From positions 1-43,074 of the forward strand of contig JAPYUB010000001.1 in assembly GCA_029942125.1 (NCBI GenBank): a DNA stretch of 43,074 nucleotides. The letters are read 5' to 3'. Positions 10,482 through 19,294 of the stretch are shown piece by piece (the stretch's first letter is position 1; every line of letters starts with the position of its first letter). A program made the position numbers and the translations under genes. The notes below the pieces were generated by a model that searched no databases, had not been told where the DNA came from, and saw only the letters and a program-made list of their open reading frames with translations. The DNA comes from Candidatus Thalassarchaeaceae archaeon. Its GTDB lineage: Archaea > Thermoplasmatota > Poseidoniia > Poseidoniales > Thalassarchaeaceae.

Positions 10482-11030
10482 ATGTGGTTCGGACTGACTG
10501 GGAGAAATGCATCGGGTAAAACCACAGTTGTCGATTGGTTAGTAGAGAATGGATACGATGCAGCCTCTTGCTCAGATTCAATTCGGACACATCTCAGAAA
10601 CCAAGGAATGGATATCAATCGGGATAATCTCATCGCTGGTGGACGTGAGTTGCGAGCCGCACACGGTCCTGGAATTCTTGCAGAGATGTTGCGTGACTCC
10701 CATCATGATGCTCCGAATCTTGTCATCGATTCAATTCGGACACCAGCCGAAGTCGAAGTGTTACGTCAAAGACCTGATTTTCGATTGATTGAAATCCGCG
10801 CATCTCGAGAAGTCCGGTGGACGAGACTTCAATCTCGAGGTCGTGACGGGGACCCACTCAATTTGGAGACATTTGTAGCCCAAGAAGAAGCGGAACTCGT
10901 CGCTGCAGACGACAGTGGGCAAGCGTTGGAAGCAACAGCGGAACTTGCTGATATCGTCATTATCAACGATGATGATGCTGAAACCCTACGGGATGCACTA
11001 GAATTGCTGCTCAGGCCTGCCGAATCGTAA
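10482..11030 (+). CDS. P-loop nucleotide-kinase-like protein (CoaE/UPF0200-like)
   Basis: Walker A GRNASGKTT, VIDSIR, RxxRGRDGD lid motif. Confidence 0.8.
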   Translation: MWFGLTGRNASGKTTVVDWLVENGYDAASCSDSIRTHLRNQGMDINRDNLIAGGRELRAAHGPGILAEMLRDSHHDAPNLVIDSIRTPAEVEVLRQRPDFRLIEIRASREVRWTRLQSRGRDGDPLNLETFVAQEEAELVAADDSGQALEATAELADIVIINDDDAETLRDALELLLRPAES

Positions 11031-11460
11031 GGCCTGCCTCTGCTAACATTTCTGTTGACATCTCAAAGTCAGACATCCAACGTTCGGGGACTTCACTGTT
11101 GGCTGGATAGACTACTTCGATGACGCCGGCTTGTATGAGAGAACGAGCACAGCGCGTACATGGTGGCCATGTTACATAGGCCGTGCAGCCCTTCAACGAT
11201 AATCCAATCCGAGCTGCATGCATGATTGCATTTTCTTCAGCGTGACAGATAAGGGGGTATTTCTTTTCACGATCAGAAAGGCGTTCAAAATCATCAGCTA
11301 TTCCACGAGGAAAACCGTTGAATCCTGTGCTGCGAATTTCGCGGTCTTCTCCAACGACCACGCATCCAACCTTCGTCGAGGGATCTTTGGACCATCCCGA
11401 AATGTGATCAGCAAGGTTGAGGAATCTCTGGTCCCACTTGGCACTCATACGTTCACCCAT
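11011..11460 (-). CDS. dCMP deaminase (ComEB/deoxycytidylate deaminase family)
   Basis: SKDPSTKVGC, TGFNGFPRG, HAEENAI and PCTRC zinc motifs; alternative start 11448. Confidence 0.92.
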   Translation of the reverse strand: MGERMSAKWDQRFLNLADHISGWSKDPSTKVGCVVVGEDREIRSTGFNGFPRGIADDFERLSDREKKYPLICHAEENAIMHAARIGLSLKGCTAYVTWPPCTRCARSLIQAGVIEVVYPANSEVPERWMSDFEMSTEMLAEAGLTIRQA

Positions 11461-11492
11461 CCAACCCTAACGGCCTCAGTGTTTGAGACTTC

Positions 11493-12869
11493 TCACCCAA
11501 TCGGGTCGACCCCGTCTACTCCTTTCGGGGGAATGAAAGTATTCTGAAAATTCTTTTCTGCATCGACATCGATGATGGGTAGCACCTCACCTATGAGGTA
11601 AATGCTGCCGATACAAAGTATGGGTTGTGGAAGATCAGAATCCAACTCAATCGCTTTCTCTTTAGCTACTGAAATCGCATCTGAAATAGAACGAACGGCA
11701 ATAATCGATGCATCGGTTCCTTGCTCTTCAAGGATGCTTGCGAGTTCTTCGCAATCGACAGCAATTTTGCGACCATCAGGAGGTTGGGTCGCAATGACGT
11801 GACCAATTTGTCCTTCGACAATGAGTTCAACGAGGGGCTGTAGGAATATTCCAAGATCATTCTGAGTCGTACATCCAAGTACAATCACACCCGGCATTGG
11901 TGACATATCGCGTGTCTTCTGAAAACGAATTTGATCACAGGCTCTGGCCATGCCACTTGGATTGTGCGCACAATCGAGAAGGACTGGGATGCCATCGACA
12001 TCAAGCCACTGCATCCGACCTGGCCAATTTGTATGCCTCACCGCTAGTTCTACTTCGTCGTACGCATAGAAATTCCTCATGGCACCTAACGCCGATTTAG
12101 CCAACATCGCCGCTTCCTCTTGATATGGCATCCAGCCATCGTACCAAGTCTTGCTAGATAACGGCCTGAATGCTTTGACCGCTTCTGAGAATGGAAAGGC
12201 ATCACGACGATCGCCACGCCACCACCAAGCTTTGTCGTGGTCTCGAACAGCACGTTCAATCACCTTGCGCGCCGAACTGTCGTATGGCCAAACAGCAACG
12301 AAGGGGCGACCTTGACGAACGATGGCAACTTTCTCTTCAGCAATCTCGGAGAGCGTTTCTCCAAGGAATTCAGTATGTTCAAGTGAGATTTCGGTCAAGA
12401 TACAGCAATCGGCATCAACCAATCTTGTTGCATCCAATCGACCACCCAAACCAGTCTCAATCACAGCCCTCTCCACACCTTGATCACGGAAGGCAAGCAT
12501 GGCAACCAAGAATGTCGCCTCATAGAATGTTGGTAATATCTTGGGCACTATTTTGGAGGCCTCTTGAATCTGCTTCAAGCAGTCCTCAAACAGAACGTCT
12601 GCGATTGGAGAACCATCGATGCGAATACGCTCGTTAACCGAAATCAAATGGGGAGATGTGAACAGACCCGTGCACTTGCCTGAAAGGGTGAATGCATTGG
12701 CCATAATGGCACAACATGTACCCTTCCCGTTGCTTCCAGCAACATGTACGGCAGGGAAGGCTTGCTGCGGCATATCAAGGCGGTTGAGAAGAGTAGCAGT
12801 ATTGTCAAGCGAAGGATTGTATCCGGATGCTTTTAGCGATTCCAGCCACGACCAAACATCATCGTTCAT
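11493..12869 (-). CDS. folC: Folylpolyglutamate synthase / dihydrofolate synthase
   Basis: HVAGSNGKGT, FTSPHL, ETGLGGRLDAT, WPGRMQ, LDCAHNP, GSIYLIGE. Confidence 0.92.
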   Translation of the reverse strand: MNDDVWSWLESLKASGYNPSLDNTATLLNRLDMPQQAFPAVHVAGSNGKGTCCAIMANAFTLSGKCTGLFTSPHLISVNERIRIDGSPIADVLFEDCLKQIQEASKIVPKILPTFYEATFLVAMLAFRDQGVERAVIETGLGGRLDATRLVDADCCILTEISLEHTEFLGETLSEIAEEKVAIVRQGRPFVAVWPYDSSARKVIERAVRDHDKAWWWRGDRRDAFPFSEAVKAFRPLSSKTWYDGWMPYQEEAAMLAKSALGAMRNFYAYDEVELAVRHTNWPGRMQWLDVDGIPVLLDCAHNPSGMARACDQIRFQKTRDMSPMPGVIVLGCTTQNDLGIFLQPLVELIVEGQIGHVIATQPPDGRKIAVDCEELASILEEQGTDASIIAVRSISDAISVAKEKAIELDSDLPQPILCIGSIYLIGEVLPIIDVDAEKNFQNTFIPPKGVDGVDPIG

Positions 12870-12932
12870 CCAACCGCCCCGCACCTCCGGTTAACGGTCG
12901 CCTTGAAATGGCCTTTGTGAGTCGCCTGAGAC

Positions 12933-15041
12933 ATGTCGGGTGACGGATTCGCCGCAAAGCGGCGTTCTGAGAAGGTCGCAGATACCCCCACTGAACAAAA
13001 TCAAAGGTCTTTGCTGCAGGAACTGAAAGGCCAGGCAGGTTCCATGGCTGGAATGGCAGGGATGTTCATCATCACCATCTGCCTAGCAATGAAAATCCAA
13101 CCGTTCTACGATCATGATGAATTGCGAGCCTTTGGTGCAGAGGGGGCAACCAAAGCTGGATTTATCCTGCTCGAACTTGTGTTCATTCTCATATTCACTG
13201 CCCTCATCATCTATCTAGCTAGGAAGAATATGCAACAATTCATCCGCTGGGGCGTCCTTGGTGTTCTTTGGATTGCCATGATGTACACACTTTTCCCGTT
13301 GGTTGCGATGATGCTTGTACCAGAGGCTCCATCCTTCACAGAGGATACTAGTGACACCTCTGAAGCATACATCATTTCAGTCGAAGAGGGGGGTGCGAAT
13401 TTCTTCTACATGGATGACCCCTATTCAGGCAATGGAACACTTCGATATGGGGCGAACTCAGGCGAAATAGAGTATTGGAATCATACCGTAGAACCCGAGA
13501 ATGAAAATTATACTTCAGGGATGGTCCAACTCTCACGAACTGCAGACGGAATCATCATCTGCGAAGGAACACAATGGGTTCTTCTCGATGCTGAAGATGG
13601 CAGTGTTCTCGATGACCACGGGAAGAACTGTGACCTCGGATTGAGGTACGAATTCACCACCAATGCCATGGATAAGACTTGTGATAATAAGGATACTCAA
13701 CAACATCAAGATTGGGCAATTAATGGTGATGAATTTGAACCGATACCGGTATTCAGGGATGGTGACGATCCCGGGTTCATCGACTGCAGTGGCTGGGAGC
13801 GGTTTTTCCCTACACCGTTTAATGGAGCAAAAATTCTCTTTGTGCAGGAGATTGGAACGGAGCATTTCCTCATTGTTTCAGAGCAATGGGCAGGAATGGT
13901 AGAATATCCTACTGAACCGCATGGTATGACGTTTGGAACTGAGGTAGTTACGACTTGGAACATGTCACTATCAGGTGGAGAAGTATTCACTGGTTCCACA
14001 TTTGGTGCCGCACCTGGATTGAATGTCACTGGACAGGATTCGTTGATTCTTGGGACTTCAGCAGGGCAAATCACAAGTTGGGAAATCAGTGATGATGGAA
14101 CTGTTCAAGAGGGAATTTCAATGCATCTCTCCGAACCTGTTCGCGGATTGTTGCTTGCGGATTGTTGCTCTGGTGGAAGCAATGATCTCTGGGTGATTGA
14201 AGGAGACAATCTACGCATCTTCATGGGCAGCAGTTTGGTAGAAATGCCACGAAGCCTTGAGATTGGAGGAGATGATTCTCAAATTCCAATGGCGCTCCAC
14301 AATGTCGAAAACAATGAAACCGTTCTTGATGATGGAATTCTCATGATGGAGCAAGATGGAGTTTGGTCATCGATGCGCTACACTGTCTATCAAGCGGACT
14401 ATTCCATGACGACCATTGTGGCCCTCGTCATCTCAATTGCTCTACTAATCATCTTGATTGTGCAACCGGAATGGTATGTCATCAACACAGTTGGCATCCT
14501 TGTGGGTGCGGGTACGATTACGATGCTGGGTGTCTCCTTCGTTCCTTGGATTATCATTCTCTTCATGGTACTCGCTGCAGCGTATGATGCTTGGGCGGTG
14601 TACAAGTCCAAACACATGCTTGAATTGGCAGATACAATGGTCAACTTGGAACTGCCAGTGATGCTTGTCGCTCCACAGAGGCCGATGAGAGGAAAACTAC
14701 GACCTGTTGATCCAAATAATCCAAGGCCAAAGAAAGGCTTGGATGAAACCATGTTAATGGGTTTGGGCGATGTCATCTTCCCTGGTCTATTGTGCATCTC
14801 TGCGATGTCGTGGTTGCCTGATGTTGAAGGTCCGATGGGGTGGTCAGCACCTGTATTGGTGGCCATTGGAACGATGATTGGCAGTTTGGTTGGTTATTGT
14901 GTACTGATGACGTACGTCGCACGAGGCAAGCCACAAGCAGGGCTTCCATTACTCAATGGTGGAGCCATACTTGGATACTTCATCTCTGCAGCCATCTTCA
15001 TTGGCAGTTCTGCCTTTGTTTTCGACGTCAGCCTGTTCTGA
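12933..15041 (+). CDS. Presenilin/PSH-family intramembrane aspartyl protease (A22) with large soluble insertion
   Basis: AAYDAWAVY (YD), MGLGD (GxGD), QAGLPLLN (PAL-equivalent); 702 aa including about 360 hydrophilic aa between TM3 and TM4. Confidence 0.9.
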   Translation: MSGDGFAAKRRSEKVADTPTEQNQRSLLQELKGQAGSMAGMAGMFIITICLAMKIQPFYDHDELRAFGAEGATKAGFILLELVFILIFTALIIYLARKNMQQFIRWGVLGVLWIAMMYTLFPLVAMMLVPEAPSFTEDTSDTSEAYIISVEEGGANFFYMDDPYSGNGTLRYGANSGEIEYWNHTVEPENENYTSGMVQLSRTADGIIICEGTQWVLLDAEDGSVLDDHGKNCDLGLRYEFTTNAMDKTCDNKDTQQHQDWAINGDEFEPIPVFRDGDDPGFIDCSGWERFFPTPFNGAKILFVQEIGTEHFLIVSEQWAGMVEYPTEPHGMTFGTEVVTTWNMSLSGGEVFTGSTFGAAPGLNVTGQDSLILGTSAGQITSWEISDDGTVQEGISMHLSEPVRGLLLADCCSGGSNDLWVIEGDNLRIFMGSSLVEMPRSLEIGGDDSQIPMALHNVENNETVLDDGILMMEQDGVWSSMRYTVYQADYSMTTIVALVISIALLIILIVQPEWYVINTVGILVGAGTITMLGVSFVPWIIILFMVLAAAYDAWAVYKSKHMLELADTMVNLELPVMLVAPQRPMRGKLRPVDPNNPRPKKGLDETMLMGLGDVIFPGLLCISAMSWLPDVEGPMGWSAPVLVAIGTMIGSLVGYCVLMTYVARGKPQAGLPLLNGGAILGYFISAAIFIGSSAFVFDVSLF

Positions 15042-15094
15042 TTATCCGTCGCTTTCAAGCATGAAGGGCGGTTCCGTAGGAACCGGAGAAGCCC

Positions 15095-16378
15095 ATGCTG
15101 GACATTCGGATGTTCCGCGAACACGCTGATGTGATTCGCGCAGACCACGACAGACGTGGCCTTTCTCACGATAATATTGATGAGGTTATTCGACTGGATG
15201 AAGCGTGGCGAAAAGCCCGATATGATACCGACCAACTTCGCAGAAAACGCAACGAGGCAGCGCGTGGAATTGCGGCTGCCAAGAAGGCGGGGGATGATGC
15301 GGAATTCCAGAAAATCCGAGTGGAAGTTGACAGTATTGCTGAAGAGATTGAAGCATTGAGTGAAGTTGCTGACGAACACGAGACTGAACGCGATAGAATT
15401 CGCATGTCGATCCCAAACATACTTCATGCCGATGTACCAATCGGTGAGGATGAAGGAGGCAATACCCAACACAGCGTCCATGGTGAAAAACCGGCCTTCG
15501 ATTTTGAGCCGAAAACACACAACGATCTGATTGAGATGAATCGTTGGGTGGACCTACCAAGAGCAGCGAAGATTGCTGGAAGTCGCTTCTACTTCCTCAA
15601 GGGTGATCTCGCACGAATGGAGTTGGCATTGCAGCAATACGCTGTTGATTTCATCGCAGCGAGAGGGTATACATTCGTTCAACCTCCACTTATGATGAAT
15701 CGAGAAGCCTATGAAGGAGTCACCGATCTTGCAGACTTTGAATCCGTGATGTACAACATCCAACCCGATGGATATTACACAATCGCGACAAGTGAACATC
15801 CACTGACAGCGATGTTCATGGATGAGGTGATTGAACCGAGCTTACTTCCCATTAAGATAGTAGGTGTCTCTCCCTGTTTCCGACGTGAAGTCGGAGCGCA
15901 TGGCCAAGGGGACAAAGGCATATGGCGCGTTCATCAGTTCACCAAGATTGAACAGATCATCATCTCGCATCCAGACCATTCATGGGATGCACACGAAGAA
16001 TTGCTGACCAACTGTATCGATCTGTGGGATGGTCTCGGACTCCACTACGAGGTCGTCAACATCTGTACGGGTGACATGGGTACGGTTGCAGCGAAGAAGT
16101 ATGATCTCGAAGCATGGTTGCCGGGACGTGGGGAATACAAAGAAATCGTCTCTTGTTCGAATTGTACAGACTACCAAGCCAATCGATTGAGGATGCGATA
16201 CAGAACCACGGATGGTAATGCTACAGTACACACACTCAACTCAACTGCGGTCGCCACAAGTCGAGCGTTGGTGGCCATTATGGAGCAAAATCAGCTCGCA
16301 GATGGGCGGGTTCGAATCCCCAATGTCTTACAACCCTACATGGGTGGGCAGGAAATGTTGGAATCCTGCAATTGGTAA
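15095..16378 (+). CDS. serS: Serine--tRNA ligase
   Basis: MLDI N-terminus with coiled-coil arm, TSEHP, FRREVG, RVHQFTKIE, EIVSCSNCTDYQA, HTLNSTA. Confidence 0.97.
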   Translation: MLDIRMFREHADVIRADHDRRGLSHDNIDEVIRLDEAWRKARYDTDQLRRKRNEAARGIAAAKKAGDDAEFQKIRVEVDSIAEEIEALSEVADEHETERDRIRMSIPNILHADVPIGEDEGGNTQHSVHGEKPAFDFEPKTHNDLIEMNRWVDLPRAAKIAGSRFYFLKGDLARMELALQQYAVDFIAARGYTFVQPPLMMNREAYEGVTDLADFESVMYNIQPDGYYTIATSEHPLTAMFMDEVIEPSLLPIKIVGVSPCFRREVGAHGQGDKGIWRVHQFTKIEQIIISHPDHSWDAHEELLTNCIDLWDGLGLHYEVVNICTGDMGTVAAKKYDLEAWLPGRGEYKEIVSCSNCTDYQANRLRMRYRTTDGNATVHTLNSTAVATSRALVAIMEQNQLADGRVRIPNVLQPYMGGQEMLESCNW

Positions 16379-16387
16379 ATCGATTTT

Positions 16388-16864
16388 TCAATTGGATAAT
16401 TCGATTTCTTCGATATCGATTAAGATAGCGCCTGCATCGACTTGTTCGCCAACTTCATGATGAATCGCCACAATGGTCCCAGGGCCATTAGCAGCAATTC
16501 GGTGTTCCATCTTCATGGCTTCCATGACTATGAGAATCTGACCCTCCTCGACTTCCTCACCAATGCTACAGAGGATCTCTAGAACCTTGCCCGGCATAGG
16601 GGCGGCCATTCCACCTGCATCTGAAGAACCTCCAGCCCCTTGCTCATCGATGGTTAGAACATGGATTCGTCCATCGAGATGAATCCACCAATTATCACCT
16701 ACTTTCACCGTATGAGCCAACTGCCCGTCCACCCACAATCGATTGGGGCGTGCATCAATCTCAAACGAATGCTCGTTGGGGACAACCTCATCGTCGCAGA
16801 TGGCATCCGCTGAACCAATGGTGATCTGCCAACTACGGCCGCTCGAATCTCTCAGATCAACCAT
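16388..16864 (-). CDS. Biotin carboxyl carrier protein of acyl-CoA carboxylase
   Basis: APMPGKV...MEAMKMEH biotinylation motif. Confidence 0.92.
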   Translation of the reverse strand: MVDLRDSSGRSWQITIGSADAICDDEVVPNEHSFEIDARPNRLWVDGQLAHTVKVGDNWWIHLDGRIHVLTIDEQGAGGSSDAGGMAAPMPGKVLEILCSIGEEVEEGQILIVMEAMKMEHRIAANGPGTIVAIHHEVGEQVDAGAILIDIEEIELSN

Positions 16865-16873
16865 AAACGCACC

Positions 16874-18415
16874 TCACGGGAAAGACCTCCGAAGCAATAA
16901 GAATGGATTGAATGGACTACCACGACCCTCATTAGATTCAACGGTCATCGTCATTCGAGATAGACCGTAGTGTTCAGCCGCAGCAGCGACAAATGGAGTC
17001 ACATCGGATGATTGTACAGACCATCCATCTGGCCAATTAACCTCGATGAAATCAGTAGTCGTCGCCCCTGAATGAAATGCGGGGTGACCCATTATGTCGG
17101 CAAGGAAACCCATATTGGTCGTCACGCCTAGCAATATGAAATCCTCACACGCGCGCTTCATTCGACGAATTGCGGACTCGCGCTCAGGTGCATGCACAAC
17201 CAATTTGGCCAACATGGGATCAAAATCAATGCTTACTTCATCACCTTCACGCACACCAGTATCAAATCGAATGCCTGGGCCAGTTGGCGGACGGAACATG
17301 GCCATGGGTCCAATTGCTGGAAGGAAATCATTGGCTGGATCTTCAGCATATATTCGAACTTCAATCGCGTGGCCCCGAATTGAAAGGTCCGATTGGGCAA
17401 AAGGCAAGGGCAATCCCGCCGCAACTCGTATTTGTTCAACAACCAAATCTACACCACTGATACATTCCGTTATCGGATGCTCAACTTGGAGACGAGTGTT
17501 CATTTCCAAGAAATGAAAATCTCCGTCTTCAGAGAGGAGGAATTCAACAGTTCCTGCGCCTTCATAATCAACAGCTCTGGCAGCATTCACAGCTGCTTCA
17601 CCCATCCGACTTCGAGTTGATTCATCGAGTACAGGGGAGGGGGCCTCCTCGACAACCTTCTGATGTCGGCGCTGAATACTGCATTCACGTTCAAACAGAT
17701 GAACTGCATTTCCAAGCGTGTCAGTTAGAATTTGAATCTCTACATGCCGCGATTTCTCAAGAAGACGCTCGACATAGACGGTGCCATCTCCGAATGATGT
17801 GGTGGCTTCGCGACTTGCAGCGGCGTACTCTCTCTGAAGGTTGCGAGGCTCACGAACCACACGCATGCCCTTGCCTCCACCACCTGCACTGGCCTTCAGC
17901 AACAATGGGTATCCCACTCGAGTTGCAGCACGAACGAGTTCATCCACTATTTCATCGGGATTTTCAAGAGCTAATTCTTCACCAGGAATAACTGGTACCC
18001 CAGCAGCAACCATGGCTCGTCGAGCACTGATTTTGTCTCCCATTTCATCGATGGCATGACCCGAAGGTCCAATCCAAACTAGGCCCGCGTCTTTGACCGC
18101 ATTAGCAAAGGAACTGCGCTCTGAAAGAAAGCCATATCCCGGATGTATAGCATCTGCACCCGTCTCTTCCGCCGCAGCCAATATTGCCTCGATATTGAGG
18201 TAGGTTTCTGAAAGATTATCTCCCGGCAGGAATACGGATTCATCTGCTGTTTGTTGATGTAATGAACCTCGATCCGCTTCTGAATAAATAGCCACCGAGC
18301 CCAAACCTAATTCAGCGCATGAACGAAATATCCGACAAGCAATTTCACCGCGATTGGCGACCAGAATCTTGGACAACGGACTGGGTGCGCCCTCCATCCA
18401 GTCTGGTCCACCCAT
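16874..18415 (-). CDS. Biotin carboxylase subunit (3-methylcrotonyl-CoA carboxylase alpha-like)
   Basis: KILVANRGEIA, HPGYGFLSE, GGGGKGMR, RECSIQRRHQK, EMNTRLQVEH; start trimmed to ATG 18415 to avoid overlapping the upstream gene. Confidence 0.93.
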   Translation of the reverse strand: MGGPDWMEGAPSPLSKILVANRGEIACRIFRSCAELGLGSVAIYSEADRGSLHQQTADESVFLPGDNLSETYLNIEAILAAAEETGADAIHPGYGFLSERSSFANAVKDAGLVWIGPSGHAIDEMGDKISARRAMVAAGVPVIPGEELALENPDEIVDELVRAATRVGYPLLLKASAGGGGKGMRVVREPRNLQREYAAASREATTSFGDGTVYVERLLEKSRHVEIQILTDTLGNAVHLFERECSIQRRHQKVVEEAPSPVLDESTRSRMGEAAVNAARAVDYEGAGTVEFLLSEDGDFHFLEMNTRLQVEHPITECISGVDLVVEQIRVAAGLPLPFAQSDLSIRGHAIEVRIYAEDPANDFLPAIGPMAMFRPPTGPGIRFDTGVREGDEVSIDFDPMLAKLVVHAPERESAIRRMKRACEDFILLGVTTNMGFLADIMGHPAFHSGATTTDFIEVNWPDGWSVQSSDVTPFVAAAAEHYGLSRMTMTVESNEGRGSPFNPFLLLRRSFP

Positions 18416-18422
18416 GTGGAAT

Positions 18423-19280
18423 TCACTCCTCTTTCCAATTGGGGTGACGCTTCTCAAGGAACGAGGACAAGCCCTCTTGCCCTTCTTCAGAACCTCGCAT
18501 CGCACTGGTCTTGTCGAGTGTCCATATTCGTAGTTCTTCGTCAGTTCCCGTCCAGCGATCAAAGATGAGGGTGAGTTTCTTTGCTTCTGCAACCGCCATT
18601 GGGCCTGTTGTGAGAACCTCATCAATTACAGAGGTTTCAGCGCCTTCTAGGGAATTCGATATCTGGTTCACAAGTCCAATCCGAAGTGCTTCTTCCGCTC
18701 CTATTCGTCCAGCCAACATAGCAAGCCTACGAAACTGTGCACTGCCAACCTTGCGATACACGTAGGGGCCGATGACAGCCGGGAGAATACCCAATTTTCC
18801 TTCCGACAGAGCGATTCTAGCGCTGGAATCGAGGATGACATGGTCTAGACAGGAGATGAGGCCAGCTCCACCTCCGAGGGCGACACCCTGAATCTTGCCA
18901 ATGGTGAAACAAGGATGGGACCAGAGACTGTTGAACAAACGATTGAGACGTTCAGAATCCTGCCTATTTTCCTCAGAACTTTTCGCACCTGCATCCCGCA
19001 TCATGTTGATGTCGGCGCCAGCGCAGAAATGCTTTCCAGCGCCAGATAGGACCAGAATCCTAAGGTAAGGCGCTCCTGTAGAATCCTCAAGAGTACCTCG
19101 CTCACCGACTGAGCGATCACGCGTCCAATCGAGTACTGAAATTATTTCACTGATGAGTTCGATGTTCAGCGCATTGTACACATCCTCTCGAGTCAAGGTC
19201 AGATGGGCTAATGAACCCTCGATATTGAGTGAACATAGGTTGGTTTCTGGCTTTAAATCTTCAATTGCATAATTTGACAT
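18423..19280 (-). CDS. Enoyl-CoA hydratase/crotonase, probable methylglutaconyl-CoA hydratase (LiuC-like)
   Basis: FCAGADI, ALGGGAGL, SEGKLGILPAVIGPYV, EGQEGLSSFLEKR; between MCC subunit genes; SD AAAGGAG before ATG 19280. Confidence 0.88.
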   Translation of the reverse strand: MSNYAIEDLKPETNLCSLNIEGSLAHLTLTREDVYNALNIELISEIISVLDWTRDRSVGERGTLEDSTGAPYLRILVLSGAGKHFCAGADINMMRDAGAKSSEENRQDSERLNRLFNSLWSHPCFTIGKIQGVALGGGAGLISCLDHVILDSSARIALSEGKLGILPAVIGPYVYRKVGSAQFRRLAMLAGRIGAEEALRIGLVNQISNSLEGAETSVIDEVLTTGPMAVAEAKKLTLIFDRWTGTDEELRIWTLDKTSAMRGSEEGQEGLSSFLEKRHPNWKEE

Positions 19281-19294
19281 TCCAATTGCTCCTT

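Noticed and set aside
10482-11460. A bona fide AvcID/dCTP-deaminase defence system
   Set aside because: Domains are unfused and convergent, the deaminase looks housekeeping, and the context is core genes; kept only as an evolutionary-link finding
14894-15520. 208-aa minus-strand ORF and other long antisense ORFs (4302-4841, 9746-10285, 35724-36281, 39011-39523)
   Set aside because: Shadow frames lying on well-supported genes, with no motifs of their own
18416-18625. N-terminal extension of the biotin carboxylase ORF (583 aa)
   Set aside because: Overlaps the crotonase gene in another frame; family similarity begins near KILVANRGE
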